Virus genome (UHGV): UHGV-1543744
Origin: a virus
DNA length: 23,427 nt
Strand: one strand, 5' to 3'
Every line of letters begins with the position of its first letter. Position 1 is the first letter of the stretch. This document shows positions 1-8,504 of this stretch, in pieces. A model generated the notes under the pieces. The model was not told the origin of the DNA and did no database searches. It worked only from the letters and a program-made list of their open reading frames with translations. The translations under genes and the position numbers were made by a program.

Positions 1-259
1 AAGGAACGACTCTCTTTGTTCGAAAATCAAACAAAAAATGAGCAATACCCGACATTTGGGCAGAAAATTGGATGATAGTTTACCAGATTTTGCGACCATT
101 GTGGTGAGTCGATGCCGGAAATGGGGAAAAAGAGATGCGCTTTAGTCTGAAATAGTTGACTTAGTCCCTTATTGGCGATGTGGTTTTTGTTTTACCTGTC
201 TGTCAGGTGGCAGCAAAAAGCAACTTTCCAGTTTTTACGCTGATTCAGATTTTAGCTAT

Positions 260-284
260 AAAAAAACCCGCCGAAGCAGGTTTT
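260..284 (-). terminator. Rho-independent terminator downstream of the lipoprotein gene
   Basis: Minus-strand reading AACCUGC-UUCG-GCGGGUU followed by a U7 tract: 6-7 bp stem with one G-U pair, UUCG tetraloop. Sits about 15 nt after the stop of CDS 298-975. The plus-strand reading is also hairpin plus TTTT, so it may act in both directions. Confidence 0.6.
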
Positions 285-297
285 AATAAATTATCTA

Positions 298-975
298 TTA
301 TCTAAAGTTACTTATTACTCGATACCTTATGCTTTGGTTACTCGCATCAAGTACTTCGAATTTAGCGCCTTTATAGCCAATTGTTTTAGACTCCGCGAGA
401 TCATACTCAACATCGTTGTTGAAGGCCGGGCGCGCTGTATTCGCTGAAAATTCACGATATCCAATGTTGATTTTGTTTCCGACCCTTCCGTTGTAAAGCA
501 GAGCTTGCTGGAAAGATGAGTCACCACTGATGTTCAGATTAACCTTTTCGATCGGCATGTTGGTTTCACAGGTGGTAGCGCCAAAAACTGTTATTACACA
601 TAAGGCATTATTTTTCTTTTCTACCATGATGCCCTGCCACATATCGGCAAGAGCTGCCTTTTCCACATTGGCTGAATCAGCACCGTTTGTGAGAAAGTAA
701 TAATCTGCCTTGTTATCCTCACCAACCTTTTTCAGCATCCCCGGAGTAATCGTATAAGCCCAGGAAACTCTCGCGGGAGCATTAACCTTCAAACCTTCGA
801 ACTTCTGTGACTCACCCTGCTTAATCATCGAATCACCGACATAAGCTGTATTAATGCTTCCTACAGGAGGCTCACTATAACTTTCTGTTTTTGGTAAATA
901 ATTATACTTTGGAGATGTACATCCCCCGAGTAAAAGAGCCATGCCGACAACTGAATAAACTGTTAGAATTTTCAT
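298..975 (-). CDS. Outer-membrane lipoprotein, unknown function (possible moron/cargo)
   Basis: Start moved to ATG at 975 (MKILTVYSVVGMALLLGGC...), giving a signal peptide with lipobox LGG-C and Thr at +2. The ORF-track start at 1017 is an upstream extension. Visibly more AT-rich than the structural genes, and followed by its own terminator. No recognisable family. Confidence 0.65.
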   Translation of the reverse strand: MKILTVYSVVGMALLLGGCTSPKYNYLPKTESYSEPPVGSINTAYVGDSMIKQGESQKFEGLKVNAPARVSWAYTITPGMLKKVGEDNKADYYFLTNGADSANVEKAALADMWQGIMVEKKNNALCVITVFGATTCETNMPIEKVNLNISGDSSFQQALLYNGRVGNKINIGYREFSANTARPAFNNDVEYDLAESKTIGYKGAKFEVLDASNQSIRYRVISNFR

Positions 976-1007
976 ATCCCTATTCCCATCATTAAATAAT
1001 CGGACTA

Positions 1008-1035
1008 ATCCTACCAAGAATCAGCAAAACGACAA
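1008..1035 (-). promoter_or_regulatory. Possible sigma70-like promoter for the lipoprotein gene
   Basis: Minus strand has TTGTCG, a 16-nt spacer, then TAGGAT about 30 nt upstream of the ATG at 975. Weak match to consensus, read by eye only. Confidence 0.2.
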
Positions 1036-1056
1036 AACCCGTACTTAAGCTGGCTA

Positions 1057-2838
1057 TTAGCCCCCCATACCAAACCGGGTGTAACCAACGTCGTGATTCA
1101 CGTCGATACCACTGGAGCGGGTATCGGTCACCCGCATCCAGGGAGGCGCATCCTTAAACGAGACCGTAATCTCGCCTTCAGCCTTCTTCGGCGCAGCCTG
1201 AACTATCTGATACGGATTGTATCCCTGAGCAGAAACGCCTGTACCGTACGCCCCATAGCCACCGCCCCCCCACTGAGTCGCATTGGCTGCAACCACCGTG
1301 TCGCTGGCACCATCAGTAAACCATTCAATAATCGGCTTCAGCTTGTCCCACATATCCTGAAACCACTTAACAACCGGCCCCCAGTTATTGATCACCATCC
1401 CCAGCGGCGACCAGGCAAAAACTTTCTTAAGGAGTTCCCAGCCAGCCTCAAAATAAGGACCAATGGTTTCCCAGAGTTTCTTAAAATAAGGTCCGACAAC
1501 ATCCCAGTTAGTGATAATTAATCCCGCAGCCAGGGCTATCGCCGTCGCAATCATGCCAATCGGCGTCATCGACATGATCCTGCTGACAATACTGATGGCA
1601 CCGCCAACGCCCATCAATCCCAGTTTCAGAATCGCAAGACCGGCAGCAAGCCCGACGACGCCGCGAATAACCCGGGGATTTTCATCCGCAAACTTCGTGA
1701 ATTTTTCCCCCAACTCCCCCAGCCATTGCGTGATATTTTTGGCGTCACCAGAAAATGCGCCGCCAATAGCCGCAAGGCCGTTAGTTGCGGTCCCCGTCAT
1801 TGCCTCCCACAGGTTGGACAGCGTACCAAGCTGTGCCTGAACACGTTTATTCAGGCTGGCCTGTTTATTCATCTTCTGCTGGATCTGATCGTAGCCATCC
1901 TTTCCTTTATCGATTAGTGCATTGACCACCTGAAGGGTTTCGGCATCATCACCAAATATTGCCTTAAGTACACCTGTTCGCTTAACGTCGGTCAGTTTTC
2001 GCAGCTTTGCCAGTTGCCTGAACATGTTATCAAGACCGCCAAAACTTCCTTTGCCGTCAGTAAAATCGAGCTGTACCCCGAGTTTCTGGCGGGCCATGAC
2101 TTTATTGACGTCCCTGATTTTCTTAACGCTTAATCCGGACTGGATAACTTTTCGCAGGGCATTACCTGCCGACTCCCCGTTCATCCCCATCTGATCCATC
2201 ATGACGCTGATGGGGGCAAGGCTCTGTGCAGCCTGAAGACCGTCCTTGTTCACCATCTTCAGAACAGAACTGGTTTTAGTGAAGAAGGACAACATGTTGG
2301 TATCGTCAACGCCCAGATAAAACGCCTTCTGGATAGTGTCGAACAGCCCCATCATGTCTTCTGACGCCGTTCCGGTAGCATCCTGCATCTTTGCAGCAAA
2401 CTCAGCAGCCGCTTCCGGTGTTTTTTTCAGTTGTACCGCAAGATAAGCTGTCGCTTTACCCACACCACCCAGAATGTTTTCTGCCGGGATCCCCTGACGC
2501 ACCAGCATCTGCATCATGTTCTGGAAATCAGCCGTTGTACCGGGTAGCTGGTTACCCAGGCCAATAGCCAGTTTATTGATGTCCTGAAAGCTCTTTCCAA
2601 CCTCGCCGTTCGCATCCATCATGGCGACTTTCAGCCCGGTAGCGGCGTTTTCCTGATCGGCATAAGATTTCAGGGAAAGCGTCAGACCCGCTGCCAGTCC
2701 TCCACCAAGCGCCAGCCCACCCTGTGACGCTTCTTCCGCCTGGCGTTTAAATCCCCGGATTTTCTTTTGCATTTTCGACAGCGCGGGAGAAAGCCTGTCG
2801 ACACCGGTGATCAACGCCTTAAGCTCAAATTCAGCCAT
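1057..2838 (-). CDS. Tail tape measure protein
   Basis: 593 aa, directly downstream of the frameshifted chaperone pair. Ala/Gly/Leu-rich helical N-terminal half, a central hydrophobic segment, and C-terminal Trp/Phe-rich periodic repeats (GPYFKKLWETIGPYFEAGWELLKK...WFQDMWDKL). ATG start with AGGAGA Shine-Dalgarno. Confidence 0.7.
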   Translation of the reverse strand: MAEFELKALITGVDRLSPALSKMQKKIRGFKRQAEEASQGGLALGGGLAAGLTLSLKSYADQENAATGLKVAMMDANGEVGKSFQDINKLAIGLGNQLPGTTADFQNMMQMLVRQGIPAENILGGVGKATAYLAVQLKKTPEAAAEFAAKMQDATGTASEDMMGLFDTIQKAFYLGVDDTNMLSFFTKTSSVLKMVNKDGLQAAQSLAPISVMMDQMGMNGESAGNALRKVIQSGLSVKKIRDVNKVMARQKLGVQLDFTDGKGSFGGLDNMFRQLAKLRKLTDVKRTGVLKAIFGDDAETLQVVNALIDKGKDGYDQIQQKMNKQASLNKRVQAQLGTLSNLWEAMTGTATNGLAAIGGAFSGDAKNITQWLGELGEKFTKFADENPRVIRGVVGLAAGLAILKLGLMGVGGAISIVSRIMSMTPIGMIATAIALAAGLIITNWDVVGPYFKKLWETIGPYFEAGWELLKKVFAWSPLGMVINNWGPVVKWFQDMWDKLKPIIEWFTDGASDTVVAANATQWGGGGYGAYGTGVSAQGYNPYQIVQAAPKKAEGEITVSFKDAPPWMRVTDTRSSGIDVNHDVGYTRFGMGG

Positions 2839-3249
2839 GTGTGCGTTTCTCCTGCTCTATCCTGTTTGCCTGACTGACCAGTAAGGGAATTTCACTGATC
2901 GGCATATTCAGCAATTCGAAAGGATTAATGCGCCAGTAGCTGGCGCAGTCAAAGAAGCGATCAGTGAGGTATTCAGCCGTCAGGCCTGGAGGAAAAAACC
3001 AGCCACAAGCCACGCCGCTGCATTCAGGTCTGCCGGAGACATCTGGTCGACAGAGCTTTGCGGCACTTTCGCCAGCCGCACAATGTATTTCGACACCACA
3101 TGCGCCAGAAGTCTGACTGACTCATCCTGATTCATCTGGTAGGGATACCCCAGCTCGCGGACATCCTTCCCGGTGGGTTCATCAAACTCCAGTACGGAGA
3201 GTGTCTCGCCATGAGCAGTAATCGGTTTCTTTAACTCAAGCTCTTTCAT
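2831..3249 (-). CDS. Tail assembly chaperone, predicted -1 frameshift fusion product (gpE+E' / G-T-like)
   Basis: The -1 frame ORF 2831-3013 overlaps the 3' end of the chaperone ORF. A shift at the T_TTT_TTC heptamer continues ...FFPPGLTAEYLTDR... exactly as the downstream ORF reads. The extension stops within a few nt of the tape measure start. Confidence 0.5.
2980..3249 (-). CDS. Tail assembly chaperone (P2 gpE / lambda gpG-like), frame-0 product
   Basis: 89 aa between tube and tape measure genes. Start overlaps the tube stop (TAATG). Ends ...AAWLVAGFFLQA, resembling P2 gpE-type chaperones (from memory). Contains a slippery heptamer near its 3' end. Confidence 0.65.
   Translation of the reverse strand: MKELELKKPITAHGETLSVLEFDEPTGKDVRELGYPYQMNQDESVRLLAHVVSKYIVRLAKVPQSSVDQMSPADLNAAAWLVAGFFLQA
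2992..2998 (-). other. Programmed -1 ribosomal frameshift slippery site (T_TTT_TTC)
   Basis: Plus-strand GAAAAAA is the minus-strand TTTTTTC, in X_XXY_YYZ register relative to the chaperone frame (GGT TTT TTC). Placement is the conserved one for tail chaperone frameshifts. Confidence 0.55.
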
Positions 3250-3605
3250 TACTGGTAATCCCCTTCTTCACCGTGGAACTCAAGATCAACCGTGCCTTCT
3301 TCGGCATTATGGTTCGCTTCGCCGTGCAGCCAGGCAGACGACAGTACATAGACCTGACCGTTCGCCAGCTCGGCAGTGATGGTCATCTCATCAGACGAGG
3401 TGATTTTGCTTACCGGAAAATTCTTCGGCACCTTGAAGGTCCCTTTGACATAAGGCGCACGGTGAGTTTCCTTGCGGTCCACAGAACCGTCCAGGCCGAT
3501 GATGTCATCATTGACCGTCCTGTTCATGGGCACCTCAATGCCGCCGGTCAGCGATAGCTGCTGACCGTCAATTTTGAAATAACAGGTTCCCCCGATACGG
3601 GCCAT
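3249..3605 (-). CDS. Tail tube protein (Mu gpM-like size class)
   Basis: 118 aa, immediately downstream of the sheath gene with a 1-nt overlap, and upstream of the chaperone. This is the conserved sheath-tube-chaperone-tape measure order of contractile tails. Confidence 0.65.
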   Translation of the reverse strand: MARIGGTCYFKIDGQQLSLTGGIEVPMNRTVNDDIIGLDGSVDRKETHRAPYVKGTFKVPKNFPVSKITSSDEMTITAELANGQVYVLSSAWLHGEANHNAEEGTVDLEFHGEEGDYQ

Positions 3606-5101
3606 TATGCAGACTCCTCTGAATACTGAAGACGGAACTGGTTAACCACGGCAAAAACACGCAACTGGTTAACATAGTCAGGCGGGAACAGCGTGTTCAG
3701 GCGGTTCGGATCGCTGGCATCACGCTCCACAACCAGGTACTGCTTAAACAGTTCGTAGTTTTCCACGATCCCCGCACGCTCAAGCTGACGGTAGGTTGCC
3801 AGCAGTTCCCCTTTGATTACCGCCGGGGTGACAATCGCCTGACCGGGACCAAAGCGGGTACCGTCGCTGGCAAGCTTGTGACGCCCGTACTTACTGGTAA
3901 TGACGGATTTCAGTTTGCGCAGTACATACGCACTGGTATGCAGCGTCTCGCTGTCGAGGTAGCTGTTATCCGCAACCCCGTAAGCATTTTTCCTGTACGT
4001 GGTGACATCACGCTGAATGCGCAGCACCCCGCTTTCGACATACGCCGTTGCCACGCCATGAGACAGCAGGGTCTGTTGCTCGGTCATCGTGAACCGTTTC
4101 CCCTTCGGCGCAGGCAGCATACCCACCAGCTCACCGGTCTGCGTGGGACGTGCCGGATCGTTGCGGATAAACACCGCTGCGCGGGCGGTACGGCTTGCCG
4201 CCAGCTCATCGGCAGGCGTCTGGGTGTCTTTTTCGTACCCAGCCAGGGTAATGTGCTGCTGGTTAAACTGGTCACCTGCGGTCACCAGTTCTGACAGCGT
4301 GCCGATCTTTGCCGTATACACATGACCATACAGCTGACGCGCATAGCTCCAGCGACCGCTGGTATCGTTCATCTCGGTCACCAGCGTGTTAACGGAGGCC
4401 GTGTCGTTGAACGGCAGGCCGATATAATCAAACGGCTCATCCGCCATTGCAGCCACCGCGCCGGTGAGAACAGGAGAGCCCGTTCCGGCGGTCCCCGTCG
4501 CCACGGCAATCTGTACGCCCGCAGGCAGCACTTCGCCCCCACCAAAGCCGTAGTAATTGAGGCTGACAGGAATTTCATTCCCGCAAAGCCCCTTATGACG
4601 CGCGGTCAGTGTGACCACGCCTGCCGAAGATGAGGCCGTAAACGGCAGGGCCGGAACGGCATTGATGGCATCCTGGATACTGCTGGCAATCGTCGTGACG
4701 TTATCGCCGTTGGTCACCGGTGCCTGCACGCGGGTACGTCCCACATACACATTCACCGTGCCGGTTTCGGTTGCTGCTCCGGTCACCGTCAGCGTAACCG
4801 TTGCCGCCGCGCCTGTGGCTTCCGGAACGGCAATCACATACAGCTCGCCAAACGGGTCGGTCTGGCGATAAGCCTCGACCATACGCGCCAGCTGACTTCC
4901 CGCACCACAAATCTGGCGTGCATAGTCTGCCGACGGCATCAGCACCAGACTGTTGGCAACAATCTCTGCACCGTTATTGGCGTGACCAATCAGCAACGAT
5001 GCCCCGCTGTCCTGTGCAGTATTCGCCGCCGAGTTATCCATTTCCGCATAAAACAGCGGAACCAGCGTATTCGACGGAATGGTGTTAAAGCTTATCGTCA
5101 T
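3605..5101 (-). CDS. Tail sheath protein
   Basis: 498 aa, first gene of the sheath-tube-chaperone-tape measure block. Size and Thr/Ala/Gly/Val-rich composition fit Mu-type sheath proteins. ATG at 5101 with AAGGTG Shine-Dalgarno. Confidence 0.75.
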   Translation of the reverse strand: MTISFNTIPSNTLVPLFYAEMDNSAANTAQDSGASLLIGHANNGAEIVANSLVLMPSADYARQICGAGSQLARMVEAYRQTDPFGELYVIAVPEATGAAATVTLTVTGAATETGTVNVYVGRTRVQAPVTNGDNVTTIASSIQDAINAVPALPFTASSSAGVVTLTARHKGLCGNEIPVSLNYYGFGGGEVLPAGVQIAVATGTAGTGSPVLTGAVAAMADEPFDYIGLPFNDTASVNTLVTEMNDTSGRWSYARQLYGHVYTAKIGTLSELVTAGDQFNQQHITLAGYEKDTQTPADELAASRTARAAVFIRNDPARPTQTGELVGMLPAPKGKRFTMTEQQTLLSHGVATAYVESGVLRIQRDVTTYRKNAYGVADNSYLDSETLHTSAYVLRKLKSVITSKYGRHKLASDGTRFGPGQAIVTPAVIKGELLATYRQLERAGIVENYELFKQYLVVERDASDPNRLNTLFPPDYVNQLRVFAVVNQFRLQYSEESA

Positions 5102-5263
5102 CGGTGTTCACCTTTTTATTCACGCGCCGGATATCACCCGCTGCTTCACGGCGCAGCCAGTAGTTGTTCTCGTCAACATTTCGCCCTTCGGCGGGCAAAA
5201 GGTCACCGCGGGCAGGGTCAGGCACTGACCGCCCTTTAACAGGTTTCACAAACATGAAGATTC

Positions 5264-5824
5264 TCAGGAAGGAAGGGTTATTTCGGTGTGATGTTCGATA
5301 TCGCCGTCAGGCCCGTTACCGGGATCGAGATAATCAACATCAATCGCCAGCGTTCGCAGTTCATCCAGACTGTTCAGCTCATCCTGCTGGCGGGTATCGT
5401 CTTCGGTCAGCTCGCTGATGACCGAAAAATCGAACTGATAAATCAGCTCATGACGATTCAGATCCAGCAGCGTGCCGCCGTCATAGGTAATCGGGTTACC
5501 GCACGCTTCCGGGTTCCAGCCCAGCAGGGCCTTAAAGAGCATCTGCCGGACATCGTCCACCACATCATACGAGGCAAACTGACCGCGCTCATCACGCCCG
5601 TTACTCAGTATGACAACCACGGAGAAGCCCTCTTTCAGCTCCTGCCAGTAGTCGGTCTGGCTTTTGTTTTCTCCCGGAGAGTCATCACCCGGTACCACAT
5701 ACGCCGCCGGGAGTTTCAGCTTTCCGACCTCCGGCAGATTTTTGAACTGGGCCGCGCCTGCAACCCGGTTTTCAAAATACGGGCAGCGGGCACGCAGCGC
5801 AGCAATAACAGGCGTCAGTTTCAT
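5264..5824 (-). CDS. Putative neck / tail-terminator or tail-completion protein
   Basis: 186 aa, ATGA overlap with the upstream gene, placed between the head-completion genes and the sheath. Function is inferred from position only. Confidence 0.4.
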   Translation of the reverse strand: MKLTPVIAALRARCPYFENRVAGAAQFKNLPEVGKLKLPAAYVVPGDDSPGENKSQTDYWQELKEGFSVVVILSNGRDERGQFASYDVVDDVRQMLFKALLGWNPEACGNPITYDGGTLLDLNRHELIYQFDFSVISELTEDDTRQQDELNSLDELRTLAIDVDYLDPGNGPDGDIEHHTEITLPS

Positions 5825-6327
5825 CTGTGTCGTCGCTCCGGCTTCAGTGATTTACGCAATTCCCGCGCCAGAAAATAGCGTGTCCAGCTGCGGTTCTTTT
5901 CAAGAGTTTCCACCATAAAGTTATTACGTGGAGCCAGTCGCCAGCCGCTGCCACCGGATGCACCACGATGATGGCTGCGACGACGCTTTGCCCCTCGCCT
6001 CACGCCATAGAACAGAAAAGCCGGATAAAAATCACCGGTGATACGGCGGTTTCCCTCTCCATTACGCTGGTTAGGGGCTATACGTGCCATAAAACCAGGG
6101 CGATGTTTACTGGCTCTGGGTACCATGTAACCAATCGAACGAGCCAGGCGTCCGGTCTGATAACCGGGGTTTTCACCCGGTGCCGACCGCGCACGGCGCA
6201 TCACCAGCCGACGGGCATCACGCATATGACGCTGACCAATCGTGACAAACGCCCGCCTGACACGGGCGCGGTTAAAGCGCATCTCCGCGGGCTGCTGAAA
6301 ATCAACGTGCAAAAAGGAAGTCGTCAT
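5821..6327 (-). CDS. Putative head-tail joining / virion morphogenesis protein (HK97 gp10-like position)
   Basis: 168 aa, strongly basic and Arg-rich. ATG with GGAGG Shine-Dalgarno. Overlaps the upstream gene by about 26 nt. Confidence 0.4.
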   Translation of the reverse strand: MTTSFLHVDFQQPAEMRFNRARVRRAFVTIGQRHMRDARRLVMRRARSAPGENPGYQTGRLARSIGYMVPRASKHRPGFMARIAPNQRNGEGNRRITGDFYPAFLFYGVRRGAKRRRSHHRGASGGSGWRLAPRNNFMVETLEKNRSWTRYFLARELRKSLKPERRHR

Positions 6328-6712
6328 TGTTGCCTCCGTGACTCTGCCTACATTCGCCCAGCTCCGTACACTCCAGCAGCAGAAAGCGCCGCGCCCCGTT
6401 CAGATCGCGCTGACGTTTCACCCGGTACACACTGTCACCGCAGACCACCTCATAATCAGCGGTGATCCCCCGGCGGTAACGAATGGTGATGTAATGGGTG
6501 ATGGCGTCCCCGGTCTGCGCGGTTTCCTGCCAGGTGGTGGCACTGGTCTGGATAACCTTCGCCCATGTCCGGAACGTAACCGGGTATTGAGGCTCCACGC
6601 CAAAGTTATCCGCGGGCATATCCACCCGCTGGCGAATCAGGACGCGTTTATTCAGTTCGCCGGGGTCCGGCAGAATGTAGGTTGCGCTGGTCTGCGCCTG
6701 ACGAATTTTCAT
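6302..6712 (-). CDS. Putative head closure / head-tail adaptor protein
   Basis: 136 aa, ATGA-coupled to the upstream connector gene. Position and size match head closure proteins of HK97-like heads. Confidence 0.45.
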   Translation of the reverse strand: MKIRQAQTSATYILPDPGELNKRVLIRQRVDMPADNFGVEPQYPVTFRTWAKVIQTSATTWQETAQTGDAITHYITIRYRRGITADYEVVCGDSVYRVKRQRDLNGARRFLLLECTELGECRQSHGGNNDDFLFAR

Positions 6713-7032
6713 TGCGGAAAGTACCTGTACGGGCCGACAAGCCAGCCAAAACTCTGCGGCATGTCGAGTTTCTCCACTTCCGTAACCGACGAGCGGTTTT
6801 CGTAAAAATGGCTGATAAGCATCAGCATCCCCAGACGAATATCATCCGGCAGTTGCAGCCCGTCCGGATCGCTGTCCGGAATGGTTTCATCCGGAGCATA
6901 GAGCTTCCGGTTCAGATACGTTTCCGTCCGCTTTTGCGCCGCACAGGCCAGCAGTTGCAGATGGCGGTCATCAGCATCGAAATCCTCATCCAGCCGGAGT
7001 TGGGCTTTAATCTCTTCCATTGTCAGAAGCAT
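6709..7032 (-). CDS. Putative head-tail connector (gp6-like) protein
   Basis: 107 aa, acidic, second gene after the major capsid protein. GAGGG Shine-Dalgarno. Confidence 0.45.
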   Translation of the reverse strand: MLLTMEEIKAQLRLDEDFDADDRHLQLLACAAQKRTETYLNRKLYAPDETIPDSDPDGLQLPDDIRLGMLMLISHFYENRSSVTEVEKLDMPQSFGWLVGPYRYFPQ

Positions 7033-7034
7033 AC

Positions 7035-7235
7035 TCAGCCCTCTTTACTGGTCGTGGCTTTTTTCTCTTTTGTCGCTTTACTGCTTTTTGCACTGGTTCC
7101 GCGCTCTGCTAACCCGGCCTGAAGTGCAATCTCCTGCACCCGGGCAGGAAGCGCCCCGTCGTCATACTCACCGGCCCGAATGACCTCAACACGCATACCG
7201 TCCGGTGACCATTTCAGATCTTGTTTCAGGATCAT
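7035..7235 (-). CDS. Small Lys-rich protein, unknown (possible head-associated protein)
   Basis: 66 aa ORF directly after the major capsid gene and the GC hairpin. C-terminus is Lys/Ser/Thr-rich (SKATKEKKATTSKEG). Weak Shine-Dalgarno. Confidence 0.4.
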   Translation of the reverse strand: MILKQDLKWSPDGMRVEVIRAGEYDDGALPARVQEIALQAGLAERGTSAKSSKATKEKKATTSKEG

Positions 7236-7256
7236 GATTCTTCACCCGTCAGAACA

Positions 7257-7278
7257 GGGGGCGCGGTTCCGCGCCCCT
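7257..7278 (-). other. GC-rich stem-loop just downstream of the major capsid gene
   Basis: GGGGCGCGG-TT-CCGCGCCCC: 9-bp perfect G/C stem with a 2-nt loop, 7 nt after the capsid stop codon. No U-tract follows, so it is not a classical intrinsic terminator. Confidence 0.5.
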
Positions 7279-7284
7279 GAGTGA

Positions 7285-8490
7285 TTACGCCGCTGCAATC
7301 TTCAGCAGTTTGATGGCCTGCGAATCGACCAGCATCCCGCCGGTGCGCTTGGTGGTATAAAAACCGACAAACGGTTTATTGGTGTACGGGTCACGCAGAA
7401 TGCGGGTGCCGATACGGTCAACGATGGTGTAACCCCGTTTGAAGTTACCAAATGCAATGGCTTTCGCATCAGCGGCGATATCCGGCATCTGTTCGTTTTC
7501 AGCGATACCGTAACCCGCCAGAGAGGACGGCTGCCCCAGTTCCAGCCCCGGACGCCACAGATAGTTACCCTCGGTGTCTTTCAGCAGACGGATGGCAAAC
7601 AGGCTGTTGTTGTTCATCATGAACTTCGCGCCAGTGCGGTGTGCCTTACGCAGCGTGTAAATCAGTTTGATAATGGCGTCTGCGGTCACCGCGGTCGCTT
7701 CGCCGGATACAATATGCTGAAGTTTGCCGAACGCCCGGACCTTGTCGGTTTCATCGGTGGATTCATACGCCAGGAACCCTTTCGGCTTCTTGGTGCCATC
7801 GCCTGAGGTAAAGGCAATTTCTTCCTGTTCGGCAAATTCGGTTGCCAGCTCGCTGTTGATCCAGGCCTCCACGTTGAAGAAGGCATCGTCCAGCATTTTC
7901 TGGGTAGCCTGCGGGTTGCCGTAGATTTCCCCCATGAGAGGTTCAATCAGCTCCAGTCTGGAGGTGGCAGTCTGGGATCGCGTATCCGTTTCCCCCACCC
8001 ATCCGGAAGCCGTACCGCCCAGATTCACCAGTTTTTTGTAGTCGGAACCGCCAACGGTGATCACCGTGGCTTCCTGACGCATCACCACTTCATCTTTCAG
8101 CAGGTTAAGAATGTTGCGATCCAGTTCTTCCGGCACGGCATAGCCACCGTCTTCATCGGTGCCCACCTGCAATGCCTTGCGCTCCAGATCGCGCAGACCG
8201 TCTTCACGGCCTTTACGCAGGAAGCCCACAAACGCCTCTTTATGCTCGGTGGCCAGTTTATTTTGCGCACCACCTGCCGGACGTTTCAGCTCAAGCAGCT
8301 CTTTTTCAAGGTCGCTTTTGAGATTTTCCAGCTCGCTGAGTTTCCCGTTCAGGGTTTCCACCTGCCCGGCAAGTTTGCCTTTTTCCTGCTCAATCGCATC
8401 CACGCGCTTGTCGTTCTTTGCTTTGAAGTCGTCAAACTTCTGCTGCAGTTCCTGCGCGACCTGTTCGACATCTTTAATATCTACCGCCAT
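7285..8490 (-). CDS. Major capsid protein (HK97-fold type with N-terminal coiled-coil scaffold-like region)
   Basis: 401 aa, directly downstream of the prohead protease. N-terminal ~100 aa is a Glu/Lys/Leu-rich coiled coil, typical of HK97-type capsid delta domains. ATG with AGGAGA Shine-Dalgarno. Confidence 0.8.
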   Translation of the reverse strand: MAVDIKDVEQVAQELQQKFDDFKAKNDKRVDAIEQEKGKLAGQVETLNGKLSELENLKSDLEKELLELKRPAGGAQNKLATEHKEAFVGFLRKGREDGLRDLERKALQVGTDEDGGYAVPEELDRNILNLLKDEVVMRQEATVITVGGSDYKKLVNLGGTASGWVGETDTRSQTATSRLELIEPLMGEIYGNPQATQKMLDDAFFNVEAWINSELATEFAEQEEIAFTSGDGTKKPKGFLAYESTDETDKVRAFGKLQHIVSGEATAVTADAIIKLIYTLRKAHRTGAKFMMNNNSLFAIRLLKDTEGNYLWRPGLELGQPSSLAGYGIAENEQMPDIAADAKAIAFGNFKRGYTIVDRIGTRILRDPYTNKPFVGFYTTKRTGGMLVDSQAIKLLKIAAA

Positions 8491-8504
8491 CGTATTTCTC
8501 CTGA

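Noticed and set aside
1-259. tRNA or attachment-site remnant at the left end
   Set aside because: No cloverleaf-compatible sequence was recognised and no repeat partner can be checked, because the integrase-side att lies outside the window. It cannot be assessed from this window.
327-527. 66-aa minus-strand ORF nested in another frame of the lipoprotein gene
   Set aside because: Entirely contained within the better-supported lipoprotein CDS, and no start signal was seen.
976-984. Iteron-like TAGGGAT motif at the lipoprotein start codon
   Set aside because: A single partial 7-8 nt match is expected by chance and there are no neighbouring copies.
7257-7278. Classical rho-independent terminator after the major capsid gene
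   Set aside because: The stem is very strong but no U-tract follows on the transcribed strand, so it is reported as a stem-loop only.
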